IMG/VR virus record: IMGVR_UViG_3300028832_000141
Location: 46,492-66,491 of that record
Reading direction: 5' to 3' (one strand)
DNA: 20,000 nucleotides
Source: an uncultured virus (IMG/VR IMGVR_UViG_3300028832_000141)
Taxonomy: Duplodnaviria; Heunggongvirae; Uroviricota; Caudoviricetes
The notes under the pieces are model-generated. The model saw only the letters and a program-made list of their open reading frames with translations. It was not told the origin of the DNA and did not search any database. This document shows positions 1 through 8,243 of the stretch, piece after piece. The translations under genes were made by a program, and so were the position numbers. The first letter of the stretch is position 1, and each line of letters opens with the position of its first letter.

Positions 1-1887
1 TGACTTCGGTGTGACAAGCCCGGCCTGCGCCAACTGCGGGTAAATCTGGTTAATCATGACCATCAGGTACTGAATCTGCGCTTCTTTCGTGCCGGGGCCA
101 AGCCCTACGTTGATGATCAGGTCGTAGTCAATGTTCAGTTCGTCCCTGGTAATGACGATGTTTTCGTTGGTAAGGCGGATGACCTGCTCCTGGTCCATGT
201 ACTTCTGGTCTAACAGGATGATGTACTTGAATATAGGAACGATAAAGTTCTCAGCAAACATCCGGCTCATCTGTTTCATGCGTTTTTCCGCACTGCCCAG
301 GATGGCCGTGATGCCGGTCGCAGTCTTGTTCAGCGAATTGCTGTCCAAGCCCTGGTTGTACCGGGTCGAACCGCTCTGCGCCTCAATCTCGTTCTGCGCA
401 TACTCAATGACCTGCATGGAAAGCGGGCTGATAGGCAACTGTGAACCACCGTACACCTGCGTGGCGGGGTTCTCCGTCGTATCTACCAAAACGATCTCAT
501 CGCCATTGATCAGGGCGTCCACGTCCACGTTGTTGTTGGCAAAGATTTGCGGTGCGTTGTTTTTGGCAACGTTCGTGATGACCTGCCGGAAAACGGCGGT
601 CTTCAAATCCTGCTGCTGTTCCAAGTCATCCGTAAACCCTTCCTGCTCGTTGAACGCGTTGATGGGGTCTGCTTCTACCGAAAAGTGGAAGAACGGGGCC
701 ATGTCCATGTCATTCTTCGCGATCCGTATCGGCGTGTCACCGATGACGTGAGCGATAATGTTCTCATAACGCCCGTCGTTGTTGTAATCCACATGCATGT
801 AGCACTCATACAGTTCAAACTGCTTGGAAGCCAGGTCGTCGTCGCTCAGCTTGTCGGCGATAGTCTCCAACTCGCTGTTGGAAATGACCTGCAACTCGTC
901 GGGCCTGGTGTCGCCGTTGCTCTTTTCGTAATCTTCCATCGCCTTGTCCACGTTTTTGTAGATACCCTCGGCTTCCTTCTGCTTCAGGTAGTCGCCGTTG
1001 ACAATCTTCCTGTGGGCGATGAACTTGGCGTCCTGCACACTTCTTCCGTCCGGGGTGAACCGCAGCTCGTCCGGGGACATATACTGAACCACAGGGTAGT
1101 TGGCCGTCACAGTAATCTTGTCAAACGTGATAACGAAGATGTCCTGTGCGTCCTTCAGCGGTTTCACGTCGACAATCTCCGCGTTCCCCGCCTGTTCTTC
1201 CTGCATCAGCATCGCCACAAAGTCCACGTTGCCGGACTCTATCATCTGCTTGTAGCGGGTACGCTCTTCCTCGCGTCTCCACCACACTTTCGCCACGCAC
1301 CAGTTGTACTTCAGGGCGTCTTTCCACGCGCTCTCAATGAAAGTCGGGTAGGCGTTCTTCCGTTGCAGCTGGTATTTCAATAACTGCTGTACTTTTTTGG
1401 CCTTTTCATCATCATCGATGTTCACGGCGCGGATATCCACGGGGTCATCCGTACCCAAAAACGGCTCTTCCAGCGAAGGAAGCATCCATTTTATCGTGGT
1501 CTTGATGTCCCTGGAACAAAACTCCGACGTCTCCGACAGCCTGGGGAACTTGTGCTGGTAGTGTTCTTTGCTTGCAAGGTACATGTCCCTGCGTTCCAAC
1601 AGCTTAGGCCGTATCGTGCCGTCAAAATAGTCGTCGGCCACGTCCTTCCCACGCTCATACGCCCGCATGATCTTCTCGATCTCTTTCTTTTTTAGGGTGT
1701 CCAGCGAGATTTCTTCGGTGTTCTTCTCCGGCTCCATCTGCTGGGTGAGATAATCGATCGGCCTCATGGCCTGCGGGTTCTGCTGTACCATCGGGGTGGT
1801 GCCTATGTTCTGCCCCTGCGAGATATTCGCCTGTGAATCATTCAGTTTTCTGCTGAAATCAAGGCCGTTGCCTTCTGCAATACTCAT
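1..1887 (-). CDS. Portal protein, P22-like/podoviral type (partial, runs off the left edge; absent from the ORF track)
   Basis: Manual translation from ATG 1887 (GGTGGTG RBS) gives MSIAEGNGLDFSRK...EFCSRDIKTTIKWMLPSLEEPF...GSTRYNQGLDSNSLNKTATGITAIL...DYDLIINVGLG, in frame to base 1. These motifs resemble P22-like portals, and the gene lies just downstream of TerL. Confidence 0.88.
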   Translation of the reverse strand, partial: MSIAEGNGLDFSRKLNDSQANISQGQNIGTTPMVQQNPQAMRPIDYLTQQMEPEKNTEEISLDTLKKKEIEKIMRAYERGKDVADDYFDGTIRPKLLERRDMYLASKEHYQHKFPRLSETSEFCSRDIKTTIKWMLPSLEEPFLGTDDPVDIRAVNIDDDEKAKKVQQLLKYQLQRKNAYPTFIESAWKDALKYNWCVAKVWWRREEERTRYKQMIESGNVDFVAMLMQEEQAGNAEIVDVKPLKDAQDIFVITFDKITVTANYPVVQYMSPDELRFTPDGRSVQDAKFIAHRKIVNGDYLKQKEAEGIYKNVDKAMEDYEKSNGDTRPDELQVISNSELETIADKLSDDDLASKQFELYECYMHVDYNNDGRYENIIAHVIGDTPIRIAKNDMDMAPFFHFSVEADPINAFNEQEGFTDDLEQQQDLKTAVFRQVITNVAKNNAPQIFANNNVDVDALINGDEIVLVDTTENPATQVYGGSQLPISPLSMQVIEYAQNEIEAQSGSTRYNQGLDSNSLNKTATGITAILGSAEKRMKQMSRMFAENFIVPIFKYIILLDQKYMDQEQVIRLTNENIVITRDELNIDYDLIINVGLGPGTKEAQIQYLMVMINQIYPQLAQAGLVTPKS

Positions 1888-1902
1888 TTTTCACACCACC
1901 GC

Positions 1903-2199
1903 TCAAAAATATTCTGCAATAATCACGTCTCCGTCACCCACCGCATAAATGTGGTCTGCGCTGCCGAACTGCACGGGGAAAACACGGCTCGTCCCGGCCG
2001 CAATCGGCAGACCGTTGGAACTCGTAACGTTTGCATCGCCGATATAGGCCGCGTTCTCGCTCGTGTTGTTGATCTCCACGGCAGACCGGCCACTGTCCAT
2101 CATGCCGTTCTCCAACGTGGACGGCAACGCCAGCTTCTGCGCCGTGCCGGACAACGTAAGCTTGCCCGTCTTAATTTGGTTGAAACTGCGTAAAAACAT
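1903..2199 (-). CDS. Small beta-rich phage protein between terL and portal, possibly virion-associated
   Basis: ORF-track 1903..2220; ATG 2199 preferred because it follows GAAGGAGGG. Contains AYIGDANVTSSNGLPIAAG. Confidence 0.7.
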   Translation of the reverse strand: MFLRSFNQIKTGKLTLSGTAQKLALPSTLENGMMDSGRSAVEINNTSENAAYIGDANVTSSNGLPIAAGTSRVFPVQFGSADHIYAVGDGDVIIAEYF

Positions 2200-2251
2200 C
2201 GGAATTCCCTCCTTCTTCATAGTTTTTGGAATTTTTTATATAAAAACAGCG

Positions 2252-3736
2252 TTACATGCTCCCAAATTTGCGAATCTTCCCTTCTCTCCGCATCTTGTTG
2301 AAGCGTGAACGCTTATTTAACATCACCGGCTGCGCAAACGTCAGAGCCAATGCATCACCATAGTTCGGTGAGGCAAGACCCCGCCGTTTCATGTCATCCT
2401 TACTTTCTAACTGCAACTTGCCTCTTCTGTTGATGGCCGCTTCCGGACCCGTCAAGTCCGTAACGATTTCCGGCTTGCTCTCCAACGCACCACCGTCCTG
2501 CAGCCATTTCTTCATCTCGCACCACATCTCGGCGCGCTTGTTCGCGTAATATTCATCCGTAGGTTTGCTGGCAAAAGGTACCAATTGCCACGCATCGTTA
2601 CGACCCATGCTACGCAGCACGGAATAGATGCCCGTGCCGTAGCCCTGGTCGATGAAGCCCTTGCTCATCCCATACTCATCTTGGAAATACGCAAGCTTCT
2701 CCGCAACCAACGTGTCATCGTTGTTGCTCTTCAACTCCCACAACACCTTTGTGAAGTTGCCCTTGCGTAGGTACACGATCAGCGTGTCCTCACCAGTCCA
2801 TGCCGGGTCGCAGCCGATGATAACGGGTTCCCTGTCCGAAGCATCGTCGATGCAGTACGCTTTCCCACGCTTCACCGCCTCATCCACCAGCGTCCTGCTT
2901 ATCAGCTGGTTCGCCGCCGCGTTGGGGAACTCACCCAGCACATGCACCTTTACGAAGTCTGAATCAATGCCCCACGCATCGACCCACTCGTTCAGCTGCT
3001 GTTTGTTGGAAATCCGCACCGTCCGGGAATCAATCTGTTTGTGATGCCAAAAATTTCTGAATTTATTGAAGCAATCAAAAAAGCGCCCCGAAGGACGCGT
3101 TGGGTTGCCAAATGCACACCATATGATCTCTGTATCTTTGTCTGTCGTAGCACCTTCTACGGTTTCCCATATCACATCGGCTATTGCCGAAGCTTCATCG
3201 AAGATGATAAGGATTCTCCTGCCCTGGTTGTGCAGACCCGCAAATGCTTCCGGGTTCTGCTCCGACCACGGAATCGCATCGATCCGCCAGGTCTTTTCGT
3301 GCTTGGGGTCGGAACTGTACAACGAGGTAGCCGTGTAATCAAACAACGGATTCCCAATGAACAGCCGGTGCCATTTTGCCAGCTCCGCCCAGGTCTTCGT
3401 CCTCAACTGCGTGTCCGTGTTCGCCGTGACAACACCCTTCGTGTCCTCAAACGTACCCAACGACCACAGTATCAGCCAACTTACCAATGCGCTCTTCCCA
3501 ATACCGTTACCAGATGCCCTTACTTCCCTGATAACCGTATTGATATCCTTTAAACCATCCTTGATGTCTTCCAATAACTCCAACTGCCACTCCTGCGGGG
3601 ATTGACCTTCCAACTCACCCTCTCCCCACGGAAACGCCGCCCATACAAACCCCACCGGGTCGTGCGCAAATTCCCCCAGGAACGCCGCCAGCGCCCCTCT
3701 GTCTTCTGCGGAAAAATCCGATAATTTTTTGGCCAT
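2252..3736 (-). CDS. terL: Terminase large subunit
   Basis: Walker A-like ASGNGIGKS, Walker B IIFDEAS, coupling motif FGNPTR, and an RNase H-like nuclease region (IIGCDPA ... SPNYGDALALTF). Confidence 0.95.
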   Translation of the reverse strand: MAKKLSDFSAEDRGALAAFLGEFAHDPVGFVWAAFPWGEGELEGQSPQEWQLELLEDIKDGLKDINTVIREVRASGNGIGKSALVSWLILWSLGTFEDTKGVVTANTDTQLRTKTWAELAKWHRLFIGNPLFDYTATSLYSSDPKHEKTWRIDAIPWSEQNPEAFAGLHNQGRRILIIFDEASAIADVIWETVEGATTDKDTEIIWCAFGNPTRPSGRFFDCFNKFRNFWHHKQIDSRTVRISNKQQLNEWVDAWGIDSDFVKVHVLGEFPNAAANQLISRTLVDEAVKRGKAYCIDDASDREPVIIGCDPAWTGEDTLIVYLRKGNFTKVLWELKSNNDDTLVAEKLAYFQDEYGMSKGFIDQGYGTGIYSVLRSMGRNDAWQLVPFASKPTDEYYANKRAEMWCEMKKWLQDGGALESKPEIVTDLTGPEAAINRRGKLQLESKDDMKRRGLASPNYGDALALTFAQPVMLNKRSRFNKMRREGKIRKFGSM

Positions 3737-3763
3737 TTGACCACCTTTCCCCCTACCCCTCTG

Positions 3764-4276
3764 TTATGACTCCCCCACCGGGGTCACATCAATAATCTCT
3801 GGAGAACTCTTCGCAGGTATCTGCCTGCTCGTAGCCCTTTCCCTCGCAGCCTTCAACATCTCTGCCACATTTACATTCAAACTGACTTCCGTCTTGTCCT
3901 TGAATCCACCCTCGCAACGGATTATGTCCTCTGCCGCCTTGATCCGGTCACTTAAACTCGCATCTAACCCAAACTGATCCTTTACACGGCCTTCCATCAC
4001 ATCCGACAAGAATGACTTCACCCTGTCCAATGAAGCATAACCCTTCTTCGCATTGCGCTCAATCAGCAGCTTCATGTACTCAACGTTTTCAGGCTTCTCC
4101 AATATCTCCCTGGCTCTCTCCCGCGCCGTCCCCGCACTCGCTCCCGGAAATGCCGCCTGGTAACTCTTCGCCAGTAAGTGCGTCTTGTAATACTCCCGTA
4201 CTACAATATGCTCTTTTGCCGCGTCCAACACCGCGTCTACTTCTAATCTTTTCTCTCGCCCTTTCCCCCTGCTCAT
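3764..4276 (-). CDS. terS: Terminase small subunit
   Basis: Lies directly upstream of terL. Has an N-terminal HTH-like segment (KSYQAAFPGASAGTARERAREILEKPEN) and the DRIKAAE motif typical of TerS. ATG 4276 follows GTGGTGAG; the ORF track starts at 4288. Confidence 0.8.
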   Translation of the reverse strand: MSRGKGREKRLEVDAVLDAAKEHIVVREYYKTHLLAKSYQAAFPGASAGTARERAREILEKPENVEYMKLLIERNAKKGYASLDRVKSFLSDVMEGRVKDQFGLDASLSDRIKAAEDIIRCEGGFKDKTEVSLNVNVAEMLKAARERATSRQIPAKSSPEIIDVTPVGES

Positions 4277-4583
4277 ACATCTCACCACTCTCTAATTTCT
4301 TCCATATCTCGTTTAATAAATATAAAAATATCTCCTCAATCTTTACCGACCGCTTTAACGGTATCGTCGCTAACGTACTCTTGTGTATCTTCGGGTTTAA
4401 CGGATTGTCGGGATTTATCTCGTTGTACTTCTCTGCGCTTACACATAAGTTCAACCTGTACTCCGTGTATACGCGACCCGTACGCTCGCTAATCTTTTGC
4501 TCTTCTGCATATAATACCTGCTGCTGATACTTAATCCGTATCGCCTTTAATATCTTCTTCGTTAATAAATGTAAATTTGCCAT
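4089..4583 (-). CDS. Hypothetical phage protein upstream of terS, with a long 3' overlap into terS
   Basis: 164-aa ORF with RBS GAGGGCGGAG and a candidate -10 just upstream; about 190 nt overlap with terS in another frame. Confidence 0.65.
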   Translation of the reverse strand: MANLHLLTKKILKAIRIKYQQQVLYAEEQKISERTGRVYTEYRLNLCVSAEKYNEINPDNPLNPKIHKSTLATIPLKRSVKIEEIFLYLLNEIWKKLESGEMYEQGERAREKIRSRRGVGRGKRAYCSTGVLQDALTGEELPGGISGSECGDGAGESQGDIGEA

Positions 4584-4607
4584 TGCTCCGCCCTCAACTT
4601 ATGTAAA

Positions 4608-4636
4608 ATTATACGTATATTTTTCCGGGGGTGTGT
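4608..4636 (-). promoter_or_regulatory. Candidate activator-dependent late promoter (-10 only)
   Basis: TATAAT on the minus strand at 4608-4613, about 25 nt before the ATG at 4583, with no consensus -35 (ACACAC at that position). Confidence 0.35.
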
Positions 4637-4784
4637 GTGTAATCCCATGCCCTGTCCTGGACGTTGGGTGGTAGGTGGTAGTCTCCGTTATCATAAAAAT
4701 AATGCCTGATTGAGAATGAGTCTTTGGTTAAAGATTATGTGTGCCTTACGGCACGCTTCAAGCTGATTCTGGCACTTGTAAAAC

Positions 4785-5309
4785 CTATGCGTTTATATCA
4801 CCATTGAACCTATCAACTACCCACTGCGGTAGGAACGGCTCTATGTCTTTCTCAAACAGCGTGTATAACTTCCAATTCAATTTCCTGCTGCGTATAAAAT
4901 AGATTGGGTTCATATACAGCCTGTGGTCATCCTCTTTTATGATACCTCGCTCTTTTACATCTTTCAGAAAGCGTTGGCACTGCCTTATCCCTATCCCCAA
5001 CTCTTTAGCCAATAATCTGCTGTTCAGTGGCTTGTCGTAGTTCTTGTGGTGCTTCACTAACATATTTGTTTTTGGCTGTAACAACATAGAACAGCGGTAC
5101 AGATATCCGCAAGTGAGTGCATCTATGTCCTTTGGCAGTTCAAATCCGTTCGGAAAGCTACGCACAGAGTATGCGGACAGCCAAAAGGAATAGCCATCCT
5201 CTAGGTCAAACCGCTGTTCTTTCCATTCGTTGCCCTTTGTGGGCTTTCGTGGATGCCATACGGAAGCATCCGCAATACCATCGGTTAATATACTTTTCTG
5301 CTCATCCAT
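4785..5309 (-). CDS. RepL-like (Firmicute plasmid/phage replication-maintenance) winged-HTH protein
   Basis: HTH LAKELGIGIRQCQRFLKDVKERGII followed by YMNPIYF, a pattern typical of RepL-like proteins. ATG 5309 follows TAAGGT; the ORF track starts at 5330. Confidence 0.6.
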   Translation of the reverse strand: MDEQKSILTDGIADASVWHPRKPTKGNEWKEQRFDLEDGYSFWLSAYSVRSFPNGFELPKDIDALTCGYLYRCSMLLQPKTNMLVKHHKNYDKPLNSRLLAKELGIGIRQCQRFLKDVKERGIIKEDDHRLYMNPIYFIRSRKLNWKLYTLFEKDIEPFLPQWVVDRFNGDINA

Positions 5310-5340
5310 TATACTTACCTTAATACCCAAAAGGTGAAAA

Positions 5341-5380
5341 ACGACATTTTACGACATTTTCAGCGAACTGTCACGACATC
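5341..5380. repeat. Iteron-like direct repeats ACGACATTTT x2 plus ACGACATC
   Basis: ACGACATTTT at 5341-5350 and 5351-5360, and ACGACATC at 5373-5380, immediately upstream of the repL-like gene. Confidence 0.7.
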
Positions 5381-5492
5381 CCCCAAAACACCCCAAAGCC
5401 TTTGCCATAGCTGAACCAAACCAAAACCAACTATGTGAAACACTATATGAAGCGAGCGTGAACCGAGAAGCTGAATTTACAGATAACTTCAC

Positions 5493-5670
5493 CATATCTA
5501 TATATATTATAACTACTATACTATAGCAATATCTATTAATATTATTATTAATATAGTTTACTATACTATAATACTTATTAATTATAATTAATATAACTAT
5601 ATCAATAATACTATTAATATATCTATATAATATTAATATATAAAATATAGATAATGATTAATATTAAAAA
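5493..5670. other. Extremely AT-rich low-complexity tract (candidate DNA-unwinding element)
   Basis: About 180 bp made almost entirely of TATA/ACTAT/TAATA units with very few G or C. Confidence 0.75.
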
Positions 5671-6083
5671 CCCCCAAAAAGGGAACGAAAACAACGAAAC
5701 CCTAGGCAAACGCAACAACAGAGCCAAGATGTATTTTACCCCTAAAAAATGCCTACGGCATTCTGATTGCAACAGAGCGGAAGTATGTTACCCTTGCGTG
5801 ATTGCGAGGTTAACGGAAACCATCCGCACGACTTCAATTCCTATTAAACTGTAGGGATATACATCTTATTTATAAAATGTATATGGCTGTTTTTGTTCCA
5901 TATCCCCAATTCCTAGTATTCATATTAGTATTGGCGAAAGTGGATTTCATTTTGAAAAATAAAGTGATAACAATTTTATCAAGATAAAGTATGGTAGAAT
6001 GCTAGGTTATACTTTTTCAAGTGATGACAAACTAATAAAAGTATATACCCCTCTGGAAACCGCACCACTACTGCGTTTTCAAC

Positions 6084-6122
6084 ATCTTGTATATTGTCAT
6101 ATCTCGACAAAGTATACAAGAT
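6084..6122. repeat. Inverted repeat / cruciform
   Basis: ATCTTGTATA-TTGTC [atatctc] GACAA-AG-TATACAAGAT: 15-bp arms with a 2-nt bulge. Confidence 0.7.
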
Positions 6123-6618
6123 AATTTCTGTTGATAAAAGTATATGATGTATACCTAGTGGTATATATACCCTAAATTTATGCTTCTTCCTCGCATTTTC
6201 ACAAGGGGGTGCTTATGTTTCCTTGCGTTGACCCTAAAACGCTGTCTATGGGCTTGCTAGGGGGCTTAAAAGGGATTTCTGCGTTTTGGGACCGTTTACC
6301 ATAAAATAAATCAGCCTTACCGCTTTGGCAAGGCTGAAAAGTGAGGAAAGGAGAATTTGAAAAAGTGTATAAAACCACACTTTTGTCATATTGTATCAAA
6401 AATACTGTTTTTTGTCTTACTCATTTCCAAATGGGGTGCAAGATGTTGCGGTTTTTATCACCTTTAAAAGTTTTCTTCCATTATAATATATATGCTGTTG
6501 AACAGATTTATGTATGTTTACATTCTTGTCAATTTATGTACCCTTTTTTGCTTGATCTGTAACAGTTACATTTTCCCTGGAACCCGGGTCTTTTTTAAGC
6601 CAAAGTGTAACATTTTGA

Positions 6619-6696
6619 TACATTGTCATACCTTTACAAAAATACCTTAAAACCGCATTAAATTTGTACTGTTGTTACATTGACATACCTTGACAA
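6619..6696. repeat. 21-bp direct repeat (19/21 identical); second copy overlaps the -35 of promoter P1
   Basis: TACATTGTCATACCTTTACAA (6619-6639) and TACATTGACATACCTTGACAA (6676-6696). Confidence 0.75.
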
Positions 6697-6707
6697 TATG
6701 TTATAAT
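6680..6707 (+). promoter_or_regulatory. Early promoter P1 (sigma-A/sigma70 type)
   Basis: TTGACA (6680-6685), 16-nt spacer, TGn-TATAAT extended -10 (6702-6707). Confidence 0.8.
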
Positions 6708-6713
6708 GTATAT

Positions 6714-7070
6714 GGTGGTAATTGTATATTGTAACTAGTATAGCCGAGATGGCAAGATGGTTTAAACGCAGCAAGACAGCCAAGATAGGGCTAGTCAAGA
6801 AAGGATGGTGAGCAAGCCCCAATAGGGATGGCATCGGAGATGATGCCGAAGCTGTAAGCCCCAAGCGGTCAGTAGATGCACCTTGATAACTCAATATCGT
6901 ATCAGTAAGTCGTGTAGGTAGTAGCAATGGTACGCAAAGCGAATACATCAGCTACACGCAACAGCCTAGGATGGGCAGAGAGGATGAAAGCGGAAACGGA
7001 AGAACAACAGCATCTTGAATGCTGTTACCTATGTCATCGCAATATGGCATAGGTTACAGTATTTAATTTA
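6714..7070 (+). ncRNA. Putative structured 5' leader or ncRNA of the early transcript
   Basis: No credible + strand ORF between P1 and 7094. Hairpins include GGCATC-ggagat-GATGCC and CGTGTAG/CTACACG, there is a boxA-like GCACCTTGATAACTCAATA, and a 23-bp stem at 7015-7066. Confidence 0.5.
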
Positions 7071-7093
7071 ATGTAACGAGAGGAGCTAAAACA

Positions 7094-7195
7094 ATGACTA
7101 TGGTAGCAGAAAGCACAATGGTAGCTTGGATGGTGATATCCGCATTAAGCGGTATGGCAATCGGTATTGCAACAAACTTTATCATTTATAAATGA
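7094..7195 (+). CDS. 33-aa single-pass membrane micropeptide (not in ORF track)
   Basis: MTMVAESTMVAWMVISALSGMAIGIATNFIIYK*, with strong RBS GAGAGGAGC. Confidence 0.7.
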   Translation: MTMVAESTMVAWMVISALSGMAIGIATNFIIYK

Positions 7196-7209
7196 AAGGA
7201 GCAGACAAA

Positions 7210-7422
7210 ATGACAATTCTCAAAAAGCTTCAGAAAGAGTATTTCCCCTACTCTGAATTATCCCCCAAAGCAAAGCAGAAAGCTTTGGCAGAATTCAGAG
7301 ATTGGTATGATGGTGGACACTTCGACAACGAAAAAGATGAAGCTTGGCAAACAGAAAGATTTGCCGTAAAAGTTTTTACGGATTATGGTTGGTTTTTTTA
7401 TGAAAATGGTGAGAGAGCATAA
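7210..7422 (+). CDS. Small early hypothetical protein
   Basis: RBS GAAAGGAGC before ATG 7210; contains YSELSPKAKQKAL...FYENGE. Confidence 0.75.
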   Translation: MTILKKLQKEYFPYSELSPKAKQKALAEFRDWYDGGHFDNEKDEAWQTERFAVKVFTDYGWFFYENGERA

Positions 7423-7438
7423 GAGAGGAGCAAACAAA

Positions 7439-7693
7439 ATGATTTTAATCCCAACAGAGTATGAAACGTTCACCAATTATTACGGCTTTTATTACAAAGA
7501 TGAAGAAGCAAAAGCAAAGCACAAAGTCAGCTATATGAAATACATTTACCATATCGAAAAGCACAAAAACGGATATATCACGATAAACGGAAAAATCGGA
7601 CCCAAGCGGTACTTGTACTACACAGTAAACGAAGCCATCAAAAAGTACAATGCGGATTGCAAAGCAGAATTAAGAAGAAGAGAGGAGATGTAA
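7439..7693 (+). CDS. Small basic early hypothetical protein
   Basis: RBS GAGAGGAGC before ATG 7439. Confidence 0.75.
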   Translation: MILIPTEYETFTNYYGFYYKDEEAKAKHKVSYMKYIYHIEKHKNGYITINGKIGPKRYLYYTVNEAIKKYNADCKAELRRREEM

Positions 7694-7695
7694 TT

Positions 7696-7977
7696 ATGAC
7701 TTTCAAACAAAAGGCAATTAAAGAGTACAAGGATGCCTATTATCTGTACCACCTATACATATTAAGAATCAAAGCCGTGCCAGAGGGAGAGCAAAACGAT
7801 TTCCTACGGACAAGATATGCTTCTTGTATGATGCGAGAAGCTAAAGCTATTGACAGATTAAAAGAGTGCTTCAGTGACAAGGACAAAAAATATCTGTTAC
7901 CAAAGCTTGAAGAGCAATGCAAAAATGTAGCAAAATTCCATTTCTTTATCAACAGTATGGCAGAAAGTGAGGACTAA
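7696..7977 (+). CDS. Early hypothetical protein
   Basis: RBS GAGGAG before ATG 7696. Confidence 0.7.
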   Translation: MTFKQKAIKEYKDAYYLYHLYILRIKAVPEGEQNDFLRTRYASCMMREAKAIDRLKECFSDKDKKYLLPKLEEQCKNVAKFHFFINSMAESED

Positions 7978-7980
7978 TCT

Positions 7981-8229
7981 ATGAAATACTATGTTACTTG
8001 CACAGACCCCTTTATGAGCGGATGGGGAGAAGCAGAAAACCGAATCAGTAAGTTTGTCATTGAATGCGACACCTACGAAGAAGCAAAGATTGTAAAATAT
8101 AACCTCACAAGACCACATTTCAATTTCAAGTATGTAAACATAAGAATACACAAGCCCAACTACCCCACAGACAGATACCACACTAGCATTAAGACCTTTG
8201 CGGAATGCACAGCATATAATCATTTATGA
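7981..8229 (+). CDS. Early hypothetical phage protein
   Basis: RBS GAGGA; begins MKYYVTCTDPFMSGWGEAE, a pattern I recall from other phage early proteins (not verified). Confidence 0.75.
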   Translation: MKYYVTCTDPFMSGWGEAENRISKFVIECDTYEEAKIVKYNLTRPHFNFKYVNIRIHKPNYPTDRYHTSIKTFAECTAYNHL

Positions 8230-8243
8230 GAGGAGAGTTAACT

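Noticed and set aside
131..1383. Long + strand ORFs 131..751, 547..1383 and 1146..1340
   Set aside because: Antisense shadows of the GC-rich portal gene; no RBS or recognizable motifs.
2585..3605. Several + strand ORFs inside terL
   Set aside because: Antisense to a clear terminase gene.
5654..6948. ORFs 5654..5854, 6199..6399, 6341..6562 and 6658..6948
   Set aside because: No convincing RBS, atypical composition, and they overlap promoter, repeat or structured RNA elements.
6760..6960. Possible twister (AAGCCC motifs) or hammerhead (minus-strand CTGATG) ribozyme in the leader
   Set aside because: Loop lengths, pseudoknot partners and the CUGAUGA/GAAA core could not be matched by eye; an Infernal search would be decisive.
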